From the NCBI GenBank assembly GCA_032718475.1, contig JAUCBJ010002810.1:1-38664 (forward strand): a stretch of 38,664 nucleotides of DNA. The letters are read 5' to 3'. Source of the DNA: Nemertoderma westbladi (lineage: Eukaryota; Animalia; Xenacoelomorpha). Shown piece by piece: positions 1 to 14,800 of the stretch. How positions within the stretch are numbered: the first letter of the stretch is position 1; each line of letters begins with the position of its first letter. Below the pieces are notes generated by a model. That model was given only the letters and a program-made list of their open reading frames with translations, ran no database searches and had not been told where the DNA came from. The translations under genes were made by a program, and so were the position numbers.

Positions 1-134
1 CGACAGAACGACAGGTTGATTAATGGTACCACTACGCTAAGGCTCTCTCACTTCGTGGCTCGCCCCACAATACTACGCTATTTTATTGTAGAAATACACG
101 GTTAGCCCTAAGTACGAAATTCATTCTAAAACTA

Positions 135-1207
135 CACCATGAACCGTAATATAGTGTCATTTTCTGATGACACGGACACCCCCCCCCCCCCCCCAAATTT
201 TTCTACATATCTTTGTCATAATATTGCTTGAAATTTGAAACACCACTAGTTCCACTCACCGTCGATGACCCCATGAAGCCGGAATTTTCGATTTCGCCTT
301 AAAATTTTTTTAATAAGCGTTTTAAAAAAGTGTCTTTTGCGAAATCGCACCCTCCGTATCATTGCCATTCTTCACATTAGTCGTAATTTTATCAAATCAT
401 TAGAAAGCTTGCCTTGCAAGGATTCCAAATATGTAACAATATCTGAATTTTGTAAACAGCTGAAGTGCACTCACAGTGGACATGAGAACACTCTACTCCT
501 GACCAGCCATTGGTAGATCACCATCTGCCTGGCCAGGCCATATACCCCAGCAGCCAAGTATATGGGTCCTTAATCCAGGACCAAGGGCGTCCTTATCCCA
601 GAACGAAGGGGGTCCTAGTTACAGGACCAGATTTGCCCTAGTAAGAGGGTCTATGCAGCTACAGGTGGCACCTACTTTATGCTGCATGGAGGTGGCAAGT
701 TTTCTTGATCAATGACCTAGAATATCTGACCTGACCTGACCTGACACAATAGATATATTGGATAGGAATACCGCTGTTGCCAACCAACGTATAAAATAAA
801 TAATTTTGTGTATTTATTTGATAGAATAAATGGCCTACAGCGAATGATCGTTCTTGCAATCTTTGAACGCCTATATCTCAGCTGCTTCTCAACGAAATTC
901 AGATATTGTTACATATTTCGAATCCTTGCAACGCAAGCTTTCCAATGATATGAAAAAAATATGACTAATATGAAGAATGGCCACGTGGTGTGATTTCGCA
1001 AAATACACTTTTTTAAAACGCTTATTAAAAAACTTTAAAGGCGAAATCGAAAATTCCGGCTTCATGGGGTCATCGACGGTGAGTGGAACTAGTGGTGTTT
1101 CAAATTTCAAGCAATATGATAAAGATTTGTAGAAAAATCGGGGGGGGGGGGGGGGGGGGGTCCGTGTCATCAGAAAATGACACTATTGTATATTATAGGA
1201 CATGGTG
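135..1207. mobile_element. Foldback/MITE-like element with ~330 bp imperfect terminal inverted repeats, flanked by TA (possibly a Tc1/mariner-type non-autonomous element)
   Basis: 135-462 is the reverse complement of ~878-1207, including a poly-C run (~179-194) mirrored by a poly-G run (~1140-1160). Ends read TA|CACCATG ... CATGGTG|TA. The arms are somewhat diverged, and the ~415 bp spacer has no transposase ORF. Confidence 0.65.
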
Positions 1208-2739
1208 TATTTAGGTATAAAAACATAAAGAATAACACCATTTATTGGTTTTGCCAGCTATTCGATATAGGCCTACAGATATTACTAAAATTCATAACAT
1301 TTCTCGTAGCAGTTGCAATAACACCTACTCAGTGTTCAATCATGGTCATTGTTGCTGATGCATGGTACACTCCAAAATATTTTTCACCGTATTCCTATGT
1401 AAACACTGTATCAAATGATCATGGAGATTGGATAAGTCGAGATCGCCTAGTATTGAATTTCGGACAAATGAGTTACACAGACAATACATTGTGCCACTGT
1501 CTGACTGTTATGCACAATAATATAAACAATATTCAAAAATACAAAATCATTATTTCATTTTTAGTAAAGACCAAATATGACTTAGATTGCAATTTGCGTG
1601 TGTGTGTTGAAATGAGTGACACATTTGACCCGGATGACATCATCTTGTCCCTGGTGAACGGCCGGCACGCAACGACGTTTCCCATTGCTAAGATCGCATC
1701 CTAGCTGATTAACTGCAGTAATACAAGAACGAATTAGATACATTTCGTCATATTTATCCAGTTTAAATCGACTGACCAACACATTGAGGAAGATTTCGGA
1801 CTTGACAGGATCCAATGGAATGTGTTTCGTTTAACTCATTCTAACTGGGAAAAGAATTCCTTTACTAAGTTCAACATCAGTCCACTTCCACAGCTTTCAC
1901 GCAATCAGAGCCCCATTACTGCATTAAGTACTGAAGTAGTCGGATTCATATTGTGACTACCCTACCCAGGGCTACAGTATTCATTTCTCCAAAATAAGCT
2001 GGGGTCGGATTTGCTGTTAGTTGTCAATGATAGGCCTATTGAGCCGGAATCGATAGGGGGGCTCGATTGATATGAAGATGGGAAACTTTTCAAAAGCTTG
2101 TATATAATATACATAAATCAGTAGAATAACATAAATCATTAAATTTTTGGTAACGCTGTACTGGCTGACTGGTGGTGGCGGTAGGGCAGGGCCTATCTGC
2201 CTATGGAATGTAACCAATTGCCACTAACTTACTCCTGTACTCTGATTGTCTGACAACCCCTGTAACGCTGTAATGGTACCTGTACAGTGTACACTGCAGC
2301 ACTGACTAACTGAAATCACACAGTTCACCAGTTCTGAAGCTACTGGTTCTGCCTGACTGCTGCTGTACTGGTTGAGAGGTACAGGCTGACAGGCCAGGTG
2401 TCAGTACTGTATGACTGTGTCATGATCCCTAAACATTCCAACCAATAGGAAACCTTCGCCATACACAAACATAGGGATAACTTACCAATTTTAATAAATT
2501 TACTTCTCCTTTTAAACTTGTCAAGTTTATAACTAAATTTTTGATATGCACTTGTTATGTTTAGAAAAATTTATATATCTTACAAACTTAATACAACTTG
2601 CTGTTTACATGCTAATATTGTCAAATTTATAATGTCAATCATTGGAAAATTGGGGGCAGGCAAATTTTGTGTAAGTTTTACTAAATTAGTAAGGTATTTC
2701 GAACCGGGAAGGTTGAGAAAGCTAAGGACGATCTTAAAT

Positions 2740-4188
2740 TGGCCAACAACATCAGCCAGGAAAAGTACATACAGGATAAAACTGAAGCAATTACAACTGC
2801 TCACATACAGCAACAATCAAGACTTACCTGGCAAACTGTAAATGAGGTATCTGGTCGGAAAAGTTGTGCAAAGGGGCGCCTAAAAGTTGATAATCCTGAA
2901 GAACGTGTTGGGAAGTGGAAACATCACTTCTGCAACTGCCAAAATATACAATAAAATGATTCTATATAGGATCAGGCCTCACATAGAGAAACTACTGCGT
3001 AAGAACCAAAACGGATTTCGACCAAGTAGATCAACAATAGCTCAGATACTTGCACTACGGAGACTGATTGAAGGAATTAAGTCAAAGAACCTCCCCGCAG
3101 TCATGACTTTTGCGGACTTCAAGAAGGCATTCGACTCTATCCATAGAGGTAAAATGCTTGAAATCCTAAGAGCTTATGGAATACCAGAAGTAATTGTTGC
3201 TGGCATTGGATTGTTATATTGTGACACAGAAGCGCAGGTACTCTCACCAGATGGTGAAACTGAGTTTTTCTCAATCCTGGCTGGCGTACTGCAAGGTGAC
3301 ACATTAGCACCATTACTATTTGTAATTGTGCTGGATTACGCAATGAGGACGGCCAGAAAGGGTGAAGATCTGGGATTCACACTTCAAGAACGCAGAAGTA
3401 GTCACGGCAACTACAGTCACAGACACAGACTTTGCGGATGACATCGCCCTGCTCTCTAATACGCTAGCAGATGCACAGCTTCTACTAAATAAAGTGGAGA
3501 GGGCTGCTAAGGAGGTTGGATTGCATATAAATGCTACCATGACCGAATTCATGACCTTTAATGTTGATGGAAACTTGACAACCATTGATAATAATCAACT
3601 AAGGAAGGTTGACGACTTCCAGTACCTTGGATCATGGATAGAGAGTAGCAAAAAGGACATAGAAGTTAGGAAAGCAAATGCATGGGTAGCTCTATCAATA
3701 ATGGATACCATTTGGAAATCAGATCTCTCCAGGCACGTGGAGATTAAGTTCATTCGAGCCACAGTGGAAAGTGTATTTTTATACGGGGGTGAGACCTGGA
3801 CACTGACTAATTCACTTGAACAACGAATTGATGGTTGCTACACAAGACTACTAAGGGCAGCCCTAAACATCAGCATGCTGGAGACAACACATGACAAATG
3901 CCGAGCTTTATGGTACAATACCACCTGTATCAACCACCCTCCGTGAACGCAGATTAAGATTCAGTGGGCACTGCTGGCGAAGTAAAGACGAGGTCATACC
4001 AGATGTACTTTTCTGGCAACCAATTCATGGAATGGCGTAGTCGTGGACGACCGGCCATAACATATAGAGATCAACTTGAAAGGGATACTGAACTTGGGAG
4101 AAACGAAATTGCGACAACTATGGAGAATCGGGAAGCCTGGAAGGATCTCATTTCCACTGTCCGAGTTCGCTCGACCTAGTAGTAGTAG
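2740..4188 (+). mobile_element. 5'-truncated, frameshifted RTE-clade non-LTR retrotransposon (reverse transcriptase fragment)
   Basis: RT motifs across ORFs 2887-3441, 3362-3946 and 3964-4179: QNGFRPSRST, DFKKAFDSIHR, GVLQGDTLAP, DFADDIALL, FQYLGS, LYGGETWTL, RGRP. Apparent internal deletion near 2930 (WKHHF abuts SATAKIYNK). Ends in a (TAG)4 tail at 4177-4188. Confidence 0.85.
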
Positions 4189-5637
4189 AATGCAATACAT
4201 GGCCGCAAGTAGATAAAACGTTTACAATAACAGCTTGAAATTGCATTTTGTATTTACTGATTGAAAGAATGAATGTAACGGAATCTACACTTGAAAATAA
4301 ACATACGGAAGCAAAATAGCACAATAAATTATTGTCCTAGGAGACATGGTGGAAATTAATTAGAATCAACATTGAAAATAGTTTCAGTAAAAAATAATTT
4401 AGAACTTTCAAATTATTACGTCAATAAAATAAAATAACGTAAGAATTGGAAATCATTTGGTTTTCATGAACCAAACGGTTTAACCCGATCAATTTGAATT
4501 GTAAACGGAAATTAAAACAACTTAGGCCTACAACTAACAGTTTGTTGCACCACATACGGTACGGAATCGTTGTTGCTCCTATCTGATATAATGCTATTCC
4601 GGTGTCTGTAGGCTACAGTTATGTCTTCAAAAATGTACCGTATTCAATTGTAAGGCTTGGATTACTATGCCAGGTTTAATGGTGGAGTGAGTGACACCGG
4701 ATTTGCAGCACTGTCGTGGTAATAGAAAGAAAACAACCAAAATGTATTCATAAAGCTTATTAATTAAAATGAACGAAAAATAGTTACTATTCCAGAAAAA
4801 TAGAAACGGAATTTGGAAAAATCCCGGAAATCGAATACGAACAAACTAGGATAAAACTGAAAACAAATCAAAAATAAAAATAATCAACAATGAGTTTAAA
4901 AATTAAGTTTCAAATAACTTCAATACTAAATATCGTAGTCCATAGACCAAGGAGTCATCCTAAACAAATAACACCTTTGTCGAAACCATGATGCAGCAAA
5001 TTTACATAATTATAAATAATTTAATATTAATTACTATTAACTATTATGTTCTTTATTTCCCCATTAAAACGGAATTCTTAAACATATAAATTCTCATGTC
5101 GGGAGCAAATATTCCCAGTTTGGTCTATAACATGCGAAACTATAATACGCAACGCAAGTGAGTTTAATTAAATCTCGATTAAACATTTTATATGAATTTA
5201 TTAAGTTAAACAAAGTAATGATTGATGTATAAATAAAATTAACAGATAAATTAGCGCTACTTAAATACACAGACAATGGTTTATTTATGCCCATCTAATA
5301 ATAATAATAATATAAAAAAAGCTGCATCCGTATCAGTGTGGGGTTCACGAAATATTTCCGATTAATTATAATCCACCGGAGTTAATTATAAATAAATCGT
5401 TTGATAACAAAACAGTCCGACACATGATTACTATAATCAGATATATTAAAAATGATTACGAGGACCGACAACCGACTTAGTCAGTTTATAATAATGTCGG
5501 TTTCGCCCCCGGTGTGGTTAAATTAAAACTAATAAATAACGATATTATGTATTCCCCAGCCGGGAAGGTTGGCTCAGAGCGGAACGCGTTTAAATCTCCG
5601 CCAGTAACCGCTAGCGCGCTTCTGATTGGTTGGAATC

Positions 5638-5863
5638 CTAGCGGTTGCTCTTAATGCTTGCCTTCGCCGCTTTGATTAAGAGATTAAGGCTACTGAGTGG
5701 TTTGGCGCAGCGCAGGAACTGGTGGTGTAGAAGTTGCTCGGCAGACCAACGCTTGTCCACTTCCATCTCGAGACAACGTGCTAGGAAATCCTTAAAGTCA
5801 GGAGAGAGACCCTCTGGATTAGCGATAACAGGTGTCCCGTTCGTAGCAATCAGATACAGCGCT
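5638..5863 (-). CDS. PAK: p21-activated kinase (group I PAK), last coding exon
   Basis: Encodes (R)[74 protein letters not shown], matching the PAK1-type C-terminus. Acceptor TTTATTCTGTTACACAG (AG at 5864-5865) is phase 2, compatible with the upstream donor. TAG stop at 5638-5640. Confidence 0.92.
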
Positions 5864-8800
5864 CTGTGTAACAGAATAAACAGATACAGAGCTCTGTGTA
5901 ACAGAATAAACAGATACAGAGCTCTGTGTAACAGAATAAACAGATACAGAGCTGTGAGTAACAGAATAAACAGATACAGAGCTGTGAGTGACACAATAAA
6001 CAGATACAGAGCTGTGAGTAACAGAATAAACAGATACAGAGCTGTGAGTAACAGAATAAACAGATACAGAGCTGTGAGTAACAGAATAAACAGATACAGA
6101 GCTGTGAGTAACAGAATAAACAGATACAGAGCTGTGAGTAACAGAATAAACAGATACAGAGTTGTGAGTAACAGAATAAACAGATACAGAGCTGTGAGTA
6201 ACAGAATAAACAGATACAGAGCTGTGAGTAACAGAATAAACAGATACAGAGCTGTGAGTAACAGAATAAACAGATACAGAGTTGTGAGTAACAGAATAAA
6301 CAGATACAGAGCTGTGAGTAACAGAATAAACAGATACAGAGCTGTGAGTAACAGAATAAACAGATACAGAGCTGTGAGTAACAGAATAAACAGATACAGA
6401 GCTGTGAGTAACAGAATAAACAGATACAGAGCTGTGAGTAACAGAATAAACAGATACAGAGCTGTGAGTAACAGAATAAACAGATACAGAGCTGTGAGTA
6501 ACAGAATAAACAGATACAGAGTTGTGTGTAACAGAATAAACAGATACAGAGCTGTGAGTAACAGAATAAACAGATACAGAGTTGTGTGTAACAGAATAAA
6601 CAGATACAGAGCTGTGAGTAACAGAATAAACAGATACAGAGTTGTGTGTAACAGAATAAACAGATACAGAGTTGTGTGTAACAGAATAAACAGATACAGA
6701 GCTGTGAGTAACAGAATAAACAGATACAGAGTTGTGTGTAACAGAATAAACAGATACAGAGCTGTGAGTAACAGAATAAACAGATACAGAGTTGTGTGTA
6801 ACAGAATAAACAGATACAGAGCTGTGAGTAACAGAATAAACAGATACAGAGTTGTGTGTAACAGAATAAACAGATACAGAGCTGTGAGTAACAGAATAAA
6901 CAGATACAGAGTTGTGTGTAACAGAATAAACAGATACAGAGTTGTGTGTAACAGAATAAACAGATACAGAGTTGTGAGTAACAGAATAAACAGATACAGA
7001 GCTGTGTGTAACAGAATAAACAGATACAGAGCTGTGAGTAACAGAATAAACAGATACAGAGTTGTGTGTAACAGAATAAACAGATACAGAGCTGTGAGTA
7101 ACAGAATAAACAGATACAGAGTTGTGTGTAACAGAATAAACAGATACAGAGTTGTGTGTAACAGAATAAACAGATACAGAGCTGTGAGTAACAGAATAAA
7201 CAGATACAGAGTTGTGAGTAACAGAATAAACAGATACAGAGCTGTGAGTAACAGAATAAACAGATACAGAGCTGTGAGTAACAGAATAAACAGATACAGA
7301 GCTGTGTGTAACAGAATAAACAGATACAGAGCTGTGTGTAACAGAATAAACAGATACAGAGCTGTGAGTAACAGAATAAACAGATACAGAGCTGTGAGTA
7401 ACAGAATAAACAGATACAGAGCTGTGAGTAACAGAATAAACAGATACAGAGCTGTGAGTAACAGAATAAACAGATACAGAGCTGTGAGTAACAGAATAAA
7501 CAGATACAGAGCTGTGAGTAACAGAATAAACAGATACAGAGCTGTGTGTAACAGAATAAATAGATACAGAGCTGTGTGTAACAGAATAAACAGATACAGA
7601 GCTGTGTGTAACAGAATAAACAGATACAGAGCTGTGTGTAACAGAATAAACAGATACAGAGCTGTGAGTAACAGAATAAACAGATACAGAGTTGTGAGTA
7701 ACAGAATAAACAGATACAGAGCTGTGAGTAACAGAATAAACAGATACAGAGTTGTGTGTAACAGAATAAACAGATACAGAGCTGTGAGTAACAGAATAAA
7801 CAGATACAGAGTTGTGTGTAACAGAATAAACAGATACAGAGCTGTGTGTAACAGAATAAATAGATACAGAGCTGTGAGTAACAGAATAAACAGATACAGA
7901 GCTGTGAGTAACAGAATAAACAGATACAGAGCTGTGTGTAACAGAATAAACAGATACAGAGCTGTGAGTAACAGAATAAACAGATACAGAGTTGTGTGTA
8001 ACAGAATAAACAGATACAGAGCTGTGAGTAACAGAATAAACAGATACAGAGTTGTGTGTAACAGAATAAACAGATACAGAGTTGTGTGTAACAGAATAAA
8101 CAGATACAGAGCTGTGAGTAACAGAATAAACAGATACAGAGTTGTGAGTAACAGAATAAACAGATACAGAGCTGTGAGTAACAGAATAAACAGATACAGA
8201 GTTGTGTGTAACAGAATAAACAGATACAGAGCTGTGAGTAACAGAATAAACAGATACAGAGTTGTGAGTAACAGAATAAACAGATACAGAGCTGTGAGTA
8301 ACAGAATAAACAGATACAGAGCTGTGAGTAACAGAATAAACAGATACAGAGTTGTGAGTAACAGAATAAACAGATACAGAGTTGTGAGTAACAGAATAAA
8401 CAGATACAGAGCTGTGAGTAACAGAATAAACAGATACAGAGCTGTGTGTAACAGAATAAACAGATACAGAGCTGTGAGTAACAGAATAAACAGATACAGA
8501 GATGTGAGTAACAGAATAAACAGATAGAGAGCTGTGAGTAACAGAATAAACAGATACAGAGCTGTGTGTAACAGAATAAACAGATACAGAGTTGTGTGTA
8601 ACAGAATAAACAGATACAGAGCTGTGTGTAACAGAATAAACAGATACAGAGTTGTGTGTAACAGAATAAACAGATACAGAGTTGTGAGTAACAGAATAAA
8701 CAGATACAGAGCTGTGAGTAACAGAATAAACAGAGCTGTGAGTAACAGAATAAACAGATACAGAGCTGTGTGTAACAGAATAAACAGATACAGAGCTGTG

Positions 8801-11800
8801 TGTAACAGAATAAACAGATACAGAGCTGTGTGTAACAGAATAAACAGATACAGAGTTGTGTGTAACAGAATAAACAGATACAGAGTTGTGAGTAACAGAA
8901 TAAATAGATACAGAGCTGTGAGTAACAGAATAAACAGATACAGAGTTGTGTGTAACAGAATAAACAGATACAGAGCTGTGAGTAACAGAATAAACAGAGC
9001 TGTGAGTAACAGAATAAACAGATACAGAGCTGTGTGTAACAGAATAAACAGATACAGAGCTGTGTGTAACAGAATAAACAGATACAGAGCTGTGTGTAAC
9101 AGAATAAACAGATACAGAGTTGTGTGTAACAGAATAAACAGATACAGAGTTGTGAGTAACAGAATAAATAGATACAGAGCTGTGAGTAACAGAATAAACA
9201 GATACAGAGCTGTGTGTAACAGAATAAACAGATACAGAGCTGTGAGTAACATAATAAACAGATACAGAGCTGTGTGTAACAGAATAAACAGATACAGAGT
9301 TGTGTGTAACAGAATAAACAGATACAGAGTTGTGTGTAACAGAATAAACAGATACAGAGTTGTGTGTAACAGAATAAACAGATACAGAGCTGTGAGTAAC
9401 ATAATAAACAGATACAGAGCTGTGTGTAACAGAATAAACAGATACAGAGCTGTGAGTAACAGAATAAACAGATACAGAGTTGTGTGTAACAGAATAAACA
9501 GATACAGAGCTGTGAGTAACATAATAAACAGATACAGAGCTGTGTGTAACAGAATAAACAGATACAGAGTTGTGTGTAACAGAATAAACAGATACAGAGT
9601 TGTGTGTAACAGAATAAACAGATACAGAGCTGTGTGTAACAGAATAAACAGATACAGAGTTGTGTGTAACAGAATAAACAGATACAGAGTTGTGAGTAAC
9701 AGAATAAACAGATACAGAGCTGTGAGTAACAGAATAAACAGAGCTGTGAGTAACAGAATAAACAGATACAGAGCTGTGTGTAACAGAATAAACAGATACA
9801 GAGTTGTGTGTAACAGAATAAACAGATACAGAGCTGTGAGTAACATAATAAACAGATACAGAGCTGTGTGTAACAGAATAAACAGATACAGAGCTGTGAG
9901 TAACAGAATAAACAGATACAGAGTTGTGTGTAACAGAATAAACAGATACAGAGCTGTGAGTAACATAATAAACAGATACAGAGCTGTGTGTAACAGAATA
10001 AACAGATACAGAGTTGTGTGTAACAGAATAAACAGATACAGAGTTGTGTGTAACAGAATAAACAGATACAGAGCTGTGTGTAACAGAATAAACAGATACA
10101 GAGTTGTGTGTAACAGAATAAACAGATACAGAGTTGTGAGTAACAGAATAAACAGATACAGAGCTGTGAGTAACAGAATAAACAGAGCTGTGAGTAACAG
10201 AATAAACAGATACAGAGCTGTGTGTAACAGAATAAACAGATACAGAGTTGTGTGTAACAGAATAAACAGATACAGAGCTGTGAGTAACATAATAAACAGA
10301 TACAGAGCTGTGTGTAACAGAATAAACAGATACAGAGTTGTGTGTAACAGAATAAACAGATACAGAGTTGTGTGTAACAGAATAAACAGATACAGAGCTG
10401 TGTGTAACAGAATAAACAGATACAGAGTTGTGTGTAACAGAATAAACAGATACAGAGTTGTGAGTAACAGAATAAACAGATACAGAGCTGTGAGTAACAG
10501 AATAAACAGAGCTGTGAGTAACAGAATAAACAGATACAGAGCTGTGAGTAACAGAATAAACAGAGCTGTGAGTAACAGAATAAACAGATACAGAGCTGTG
10601 AGTAACAGAATAAACAGAGCTGTGAGTAACAGAATAAACAGATACAGAGCTGTGTGTAACAGAATAAACAGATACAGAGTTGTGTGTAACAGAATAAACA
10701 GATACAGAGTTGTGAGTAACAGAATAAACAGATACAGAGCTGTGAGTAACAGAATAAACAGAGCTGTGAGTAACAGAATAAACAGAGCTGTGAGTAACAG
10801 AATAAACAGATACAGAGCTGTGTGTAACAGAATAAACAGAGCTGTGAGTAACAGAATAAACAGATACAGAGTTGTGTGTAACAGAATAAACAGATACAGA
10901 GCTGTGTGTAACAGAATAAACAGATACAGAGTTGTGTGTAACAGAATAAACAGATACAGAGTTGTGAGTAACAGAATAAACAGATACAGAGTTGTGAGTA
11001 ACAGAATAAACAGATACAGAGTTGTGTGTAACAGAATAAACAGATACAGAGTTGTGAGTAACAGAATAAACAGATACAGAGCTGTGAGTAACAGAATAAA
11101 CAGAGCTGTGAGTAACAGAATAAACAGAGCTGTGAGTAACAGAATAAACAGATACAGAGCTGTGTGTAACAGAATAAACAGAGCTGTGAGTAACAGAATA
11201 AACAGATACAGAGTTGTGTGTAACAGAATAAACAGATACAGAGCTGTGAGTAACAGAATAAACAGATACAGAGCTGTGAGTAACAGAATAAACAGATACA
11301 GAGCTGTGAGTAACAGAATAAACAGATACAGAGTTGTGTGTAACAGAATAAACAGATACAGAGTTGTGAGTAACAGAATAAACAGATACAGAGTTGTGAG
11401 TAACAGAATAAACAGATACAGAGCTGTGAGTAACAGAATAAACAGAGCTGTGAGTAACAGAATAAACAGAGCTGTGAGTAACAGAATAAACAGATACAGA
11501 GCTGTGTGTAACAGAATAAACAGATACAGAGCTGTGAGTAACAGAATAAACAGATACAGAGCTGTGAGTAACAGAATAAACAGATACAGAGCTGTGTGTA
11601 ACAGAATAAACAGATACAGAGTTGTGTGTAACAGAATAAACAGATACAGAGCTGTGTGTAACAGAATAAACAGATACAGAGTTGTGTGTAACAGAATAAA
11701 CAGATACAGAGTTGTGTGTAACAGAATAAACAGATACAGAGCTGTGAGTAACACAATAAACAGATACAGAGCTGTGAGTAACAGAATAAACAGATACAGA

Positions 11801-14800
11801 GCTGTGAGTAACAGAATAAACAGATACAGAGCTGTGAGTAACAGAATAAACAGATACAGAGTTGTGTGTAACAGAATAAACAGATACAGAGCTGTGTGTA
11901 ACAGAATAAACAGATACAGAGTTGTGTGTAACAGAATAAACAGATACAGAGTTGTGTGTAACAGAATAAACAGATACAGAGTTGTGTGTAACAGAATAAA
12001 CAGATACAGAGCTGTGAGTAACAGAATAAACAGATACAGAGCTGTGTGTAACAGAATAAACAGATACAGAGTTGTGTGTAACAGAATAAACAGATACAGA
12101 GCTGTGAGTAACAGAATAAACAGATACAGAGTTGTGTGTAACAGAATAAACAGATACAGAGCTGTGTGTAACAGAATAAACAGATACAGAGTTGTGTGTA
12201 ACAGAATAAACAGATACAGAGCTGTGAGTAACAGAATAAACAGATACAGAGCTGTGTGTAACAGAATAAACAGATACAGAGCTGTGAGTAACAGAATAAA
12301 CAGATACAGAGCTGTGAGTAACAGAATAAACAGATACAGAGTTGTGAGTAACAGAATAAACAGATACAGAGCTGTGAGTAACAGAATAAACAGAGCTGTG
12401 AGTAACAGAATAAACAGATACAGAGCTGTGAGTAACAGAATAAACAGAGCTGTGAGTAACAGAATAAACAGATACAGAGCTGTGAGTAACAGAATAAACA
12501 GAGCTGTGAGTAACAGAATAAACAGATACAGAGCTGTGTGTAACAGAATAAACAGATACAGAGTTGTGTGTAACAGAATAAACAGATACAGAGTTGTGAG
12601 TAACAGAATAAACAGATACAGAGCTGTGAGTAACAGAATAAACAGAGCTGTGAGTAACAGAATAAACAGAGCTGTGAGTAACAGAATAAACAGATACAGA
12701 GCTGTGTGTAACAGAATAAACAGATACAGAGCTGTGTGTAACAGAATAAACAGATACAGAGCTGTGTGTAACAGAATAAACAGATACAGAGTTGTGTGTA
12801 ACAGAATAAACAGATACAGAGTTGTGAGTAACAGAATAAATAGATACAGAGCTGTGAGTAACAGAATAAACAGATACAGAGTTGTGTGTAACAGAATAAA
12901 CAGATACAGAGCTGTGAGTAACAGAATAAACAGAGCTGTGAGTAACAGAATAAACAGATACAGAGCTGTGTGTAACAGAATAAACAGATACAGAGCTGTG
13001 TGTAACAGAATAAACAGATACAGAGCTGTGTGTAACAGAATAAACAGATACAGAGTTGTGTGTAACAGAATAAACAGATACAGAGTTGTGAGTAACAGAA
13101 TAAATAGATACAGAGCTGTGAGTAACAGAATAAACAGATACAGAGCTGTGTGTAACAGAATAAACAGATACAGAGCTGTGAGTAACATAATAAACAGATA
13201 CAGAGCTGTGTGTAACAGAATAAACAGATACAGAGTTGTGTGTAACAGAATAAACAGATACAGAGTTGTGTGTAACAGAATAAACAGATACAGAGTTGTG
13301 TGTAACAGAATAAACAGATACAGAGCTGTGAGTAACAGAATAAACAGATACAGAGCTGTGTGTAACAGAATAAACAGATACAGAGTTGTGTGTAACAGAA
13401 TAAACAGATACAGAGCTGTGAGTAACAGAATAAACAGATACAGAGTTGTGAGTAACACAATAAACAGATACAGAGCTGTGAGTAACAGAATAAACAGATA
13501 CAGAGCTGTGAGTAACAGAATAAACAGATACAGAGCTGTGTGTAACAGAATAAACAGATACAGAGTTGTGTGTAACAGAATAAACAGATACAGAGCTGTG
13601 AGTAACAGAATAAACAGATACAGAGCTGTGTGTAACAGAATAAACAGATACAGAGCTGTGTGTAACAGAATAAACAGATACAGAGTTGTGTGTAACAGAA
13701 TAAACAGATACAGAGTTGTGTGTAACAGAATAAACAGATACAGAGCTGTGTGTAACAGAATAAACAGATACAGAGTTGTGAGTAACAGAATAAACAGATA
13801 CAGAGCTGTGAGTAACAGAATAAACAGATACAGAGTTGTGTGTAACAGAATAAACAGATACAGAGTTGTGTGTAACAGAATAAACAGATACAGAGCTGTG
13901 AGTAACAGAATAAACAGAAACAGAGCTGTGTGTAACAGAATAAACAGATACAGAGCTGTGTGTAACAGAATAAACAGATACAGAGTTGTGAGTAACAGAA
14001 TAAACAGATACAGAGTTGTGAGTAACACAATAAACAGATACAGAGTTGTGAGTAACAGAATAAACAGATACAGAGCTGTGAGTAACAGAATAAACAGAGC
14101 TGTGAGTAACAGAATAAATAGATACAGAGCTGTGTGTAACAGAATAAACAGATACAGAGCTGTGTGTAACAGAATAAACAGATACAGAGCTGTGTGTAAC
14201 AGAATAAACAGATACAGAGTTGTGTGTAACAGAATAAACAGATACAGAGCTGTGAGTAACAGAATAAACAGATACAGAGCTGTGAGTAACACAATAAACA
14301 GAAACAGAGCTGTGTGTAACAGAATAAACAGATACAGAGTTGTGTGTAACAGAATAAACAGATACAGAGTTGTGTGTAACAGAATAAACAGATACAGAGT
14401 TGTGTGTAACAGAATAAACAGATACAGAGTTGTGTGTAACAGAATAAACAGATACAGAGCTGTGTGTAACAGAATAAACAGATACAGAGTTGTGAGTAAC
14501 AGAATAAACAGATACAGAGCTGTGTGTAACAGAATAAACAGATACAGAGTTGTGAGTAACAGAATAAACAGATACAGAGCTGTGAGTAACAGAATAAACA
14601 GATACAGAGTTGTGTGTAACAGAATAAACAGATACAGAGTTGTGAGTAACACAATAAACAGATACAGAGTTGTGAGTAACAGAATAAACAGATACAGAGC
14701 TGTGAGTAACAGAATAAACAGAGCTGTGAGTAACAGAATAAATAGATACAGAGCTGTGTGTAACAGAATAAACAGATACAGAGCTGTGTGTAACAGAATA

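Noticed and set aside
1177-1704. 175 aa ORF
   Set aside because: It starts inside an inverted-repeat arm, is AT-rich, and shows no recognisable domain or splice structure.
2477-2698. Possible small MITE with imperfect inverted ends
   Set aside because: The match is short, AT-rich and gapped, with no clear TSD.
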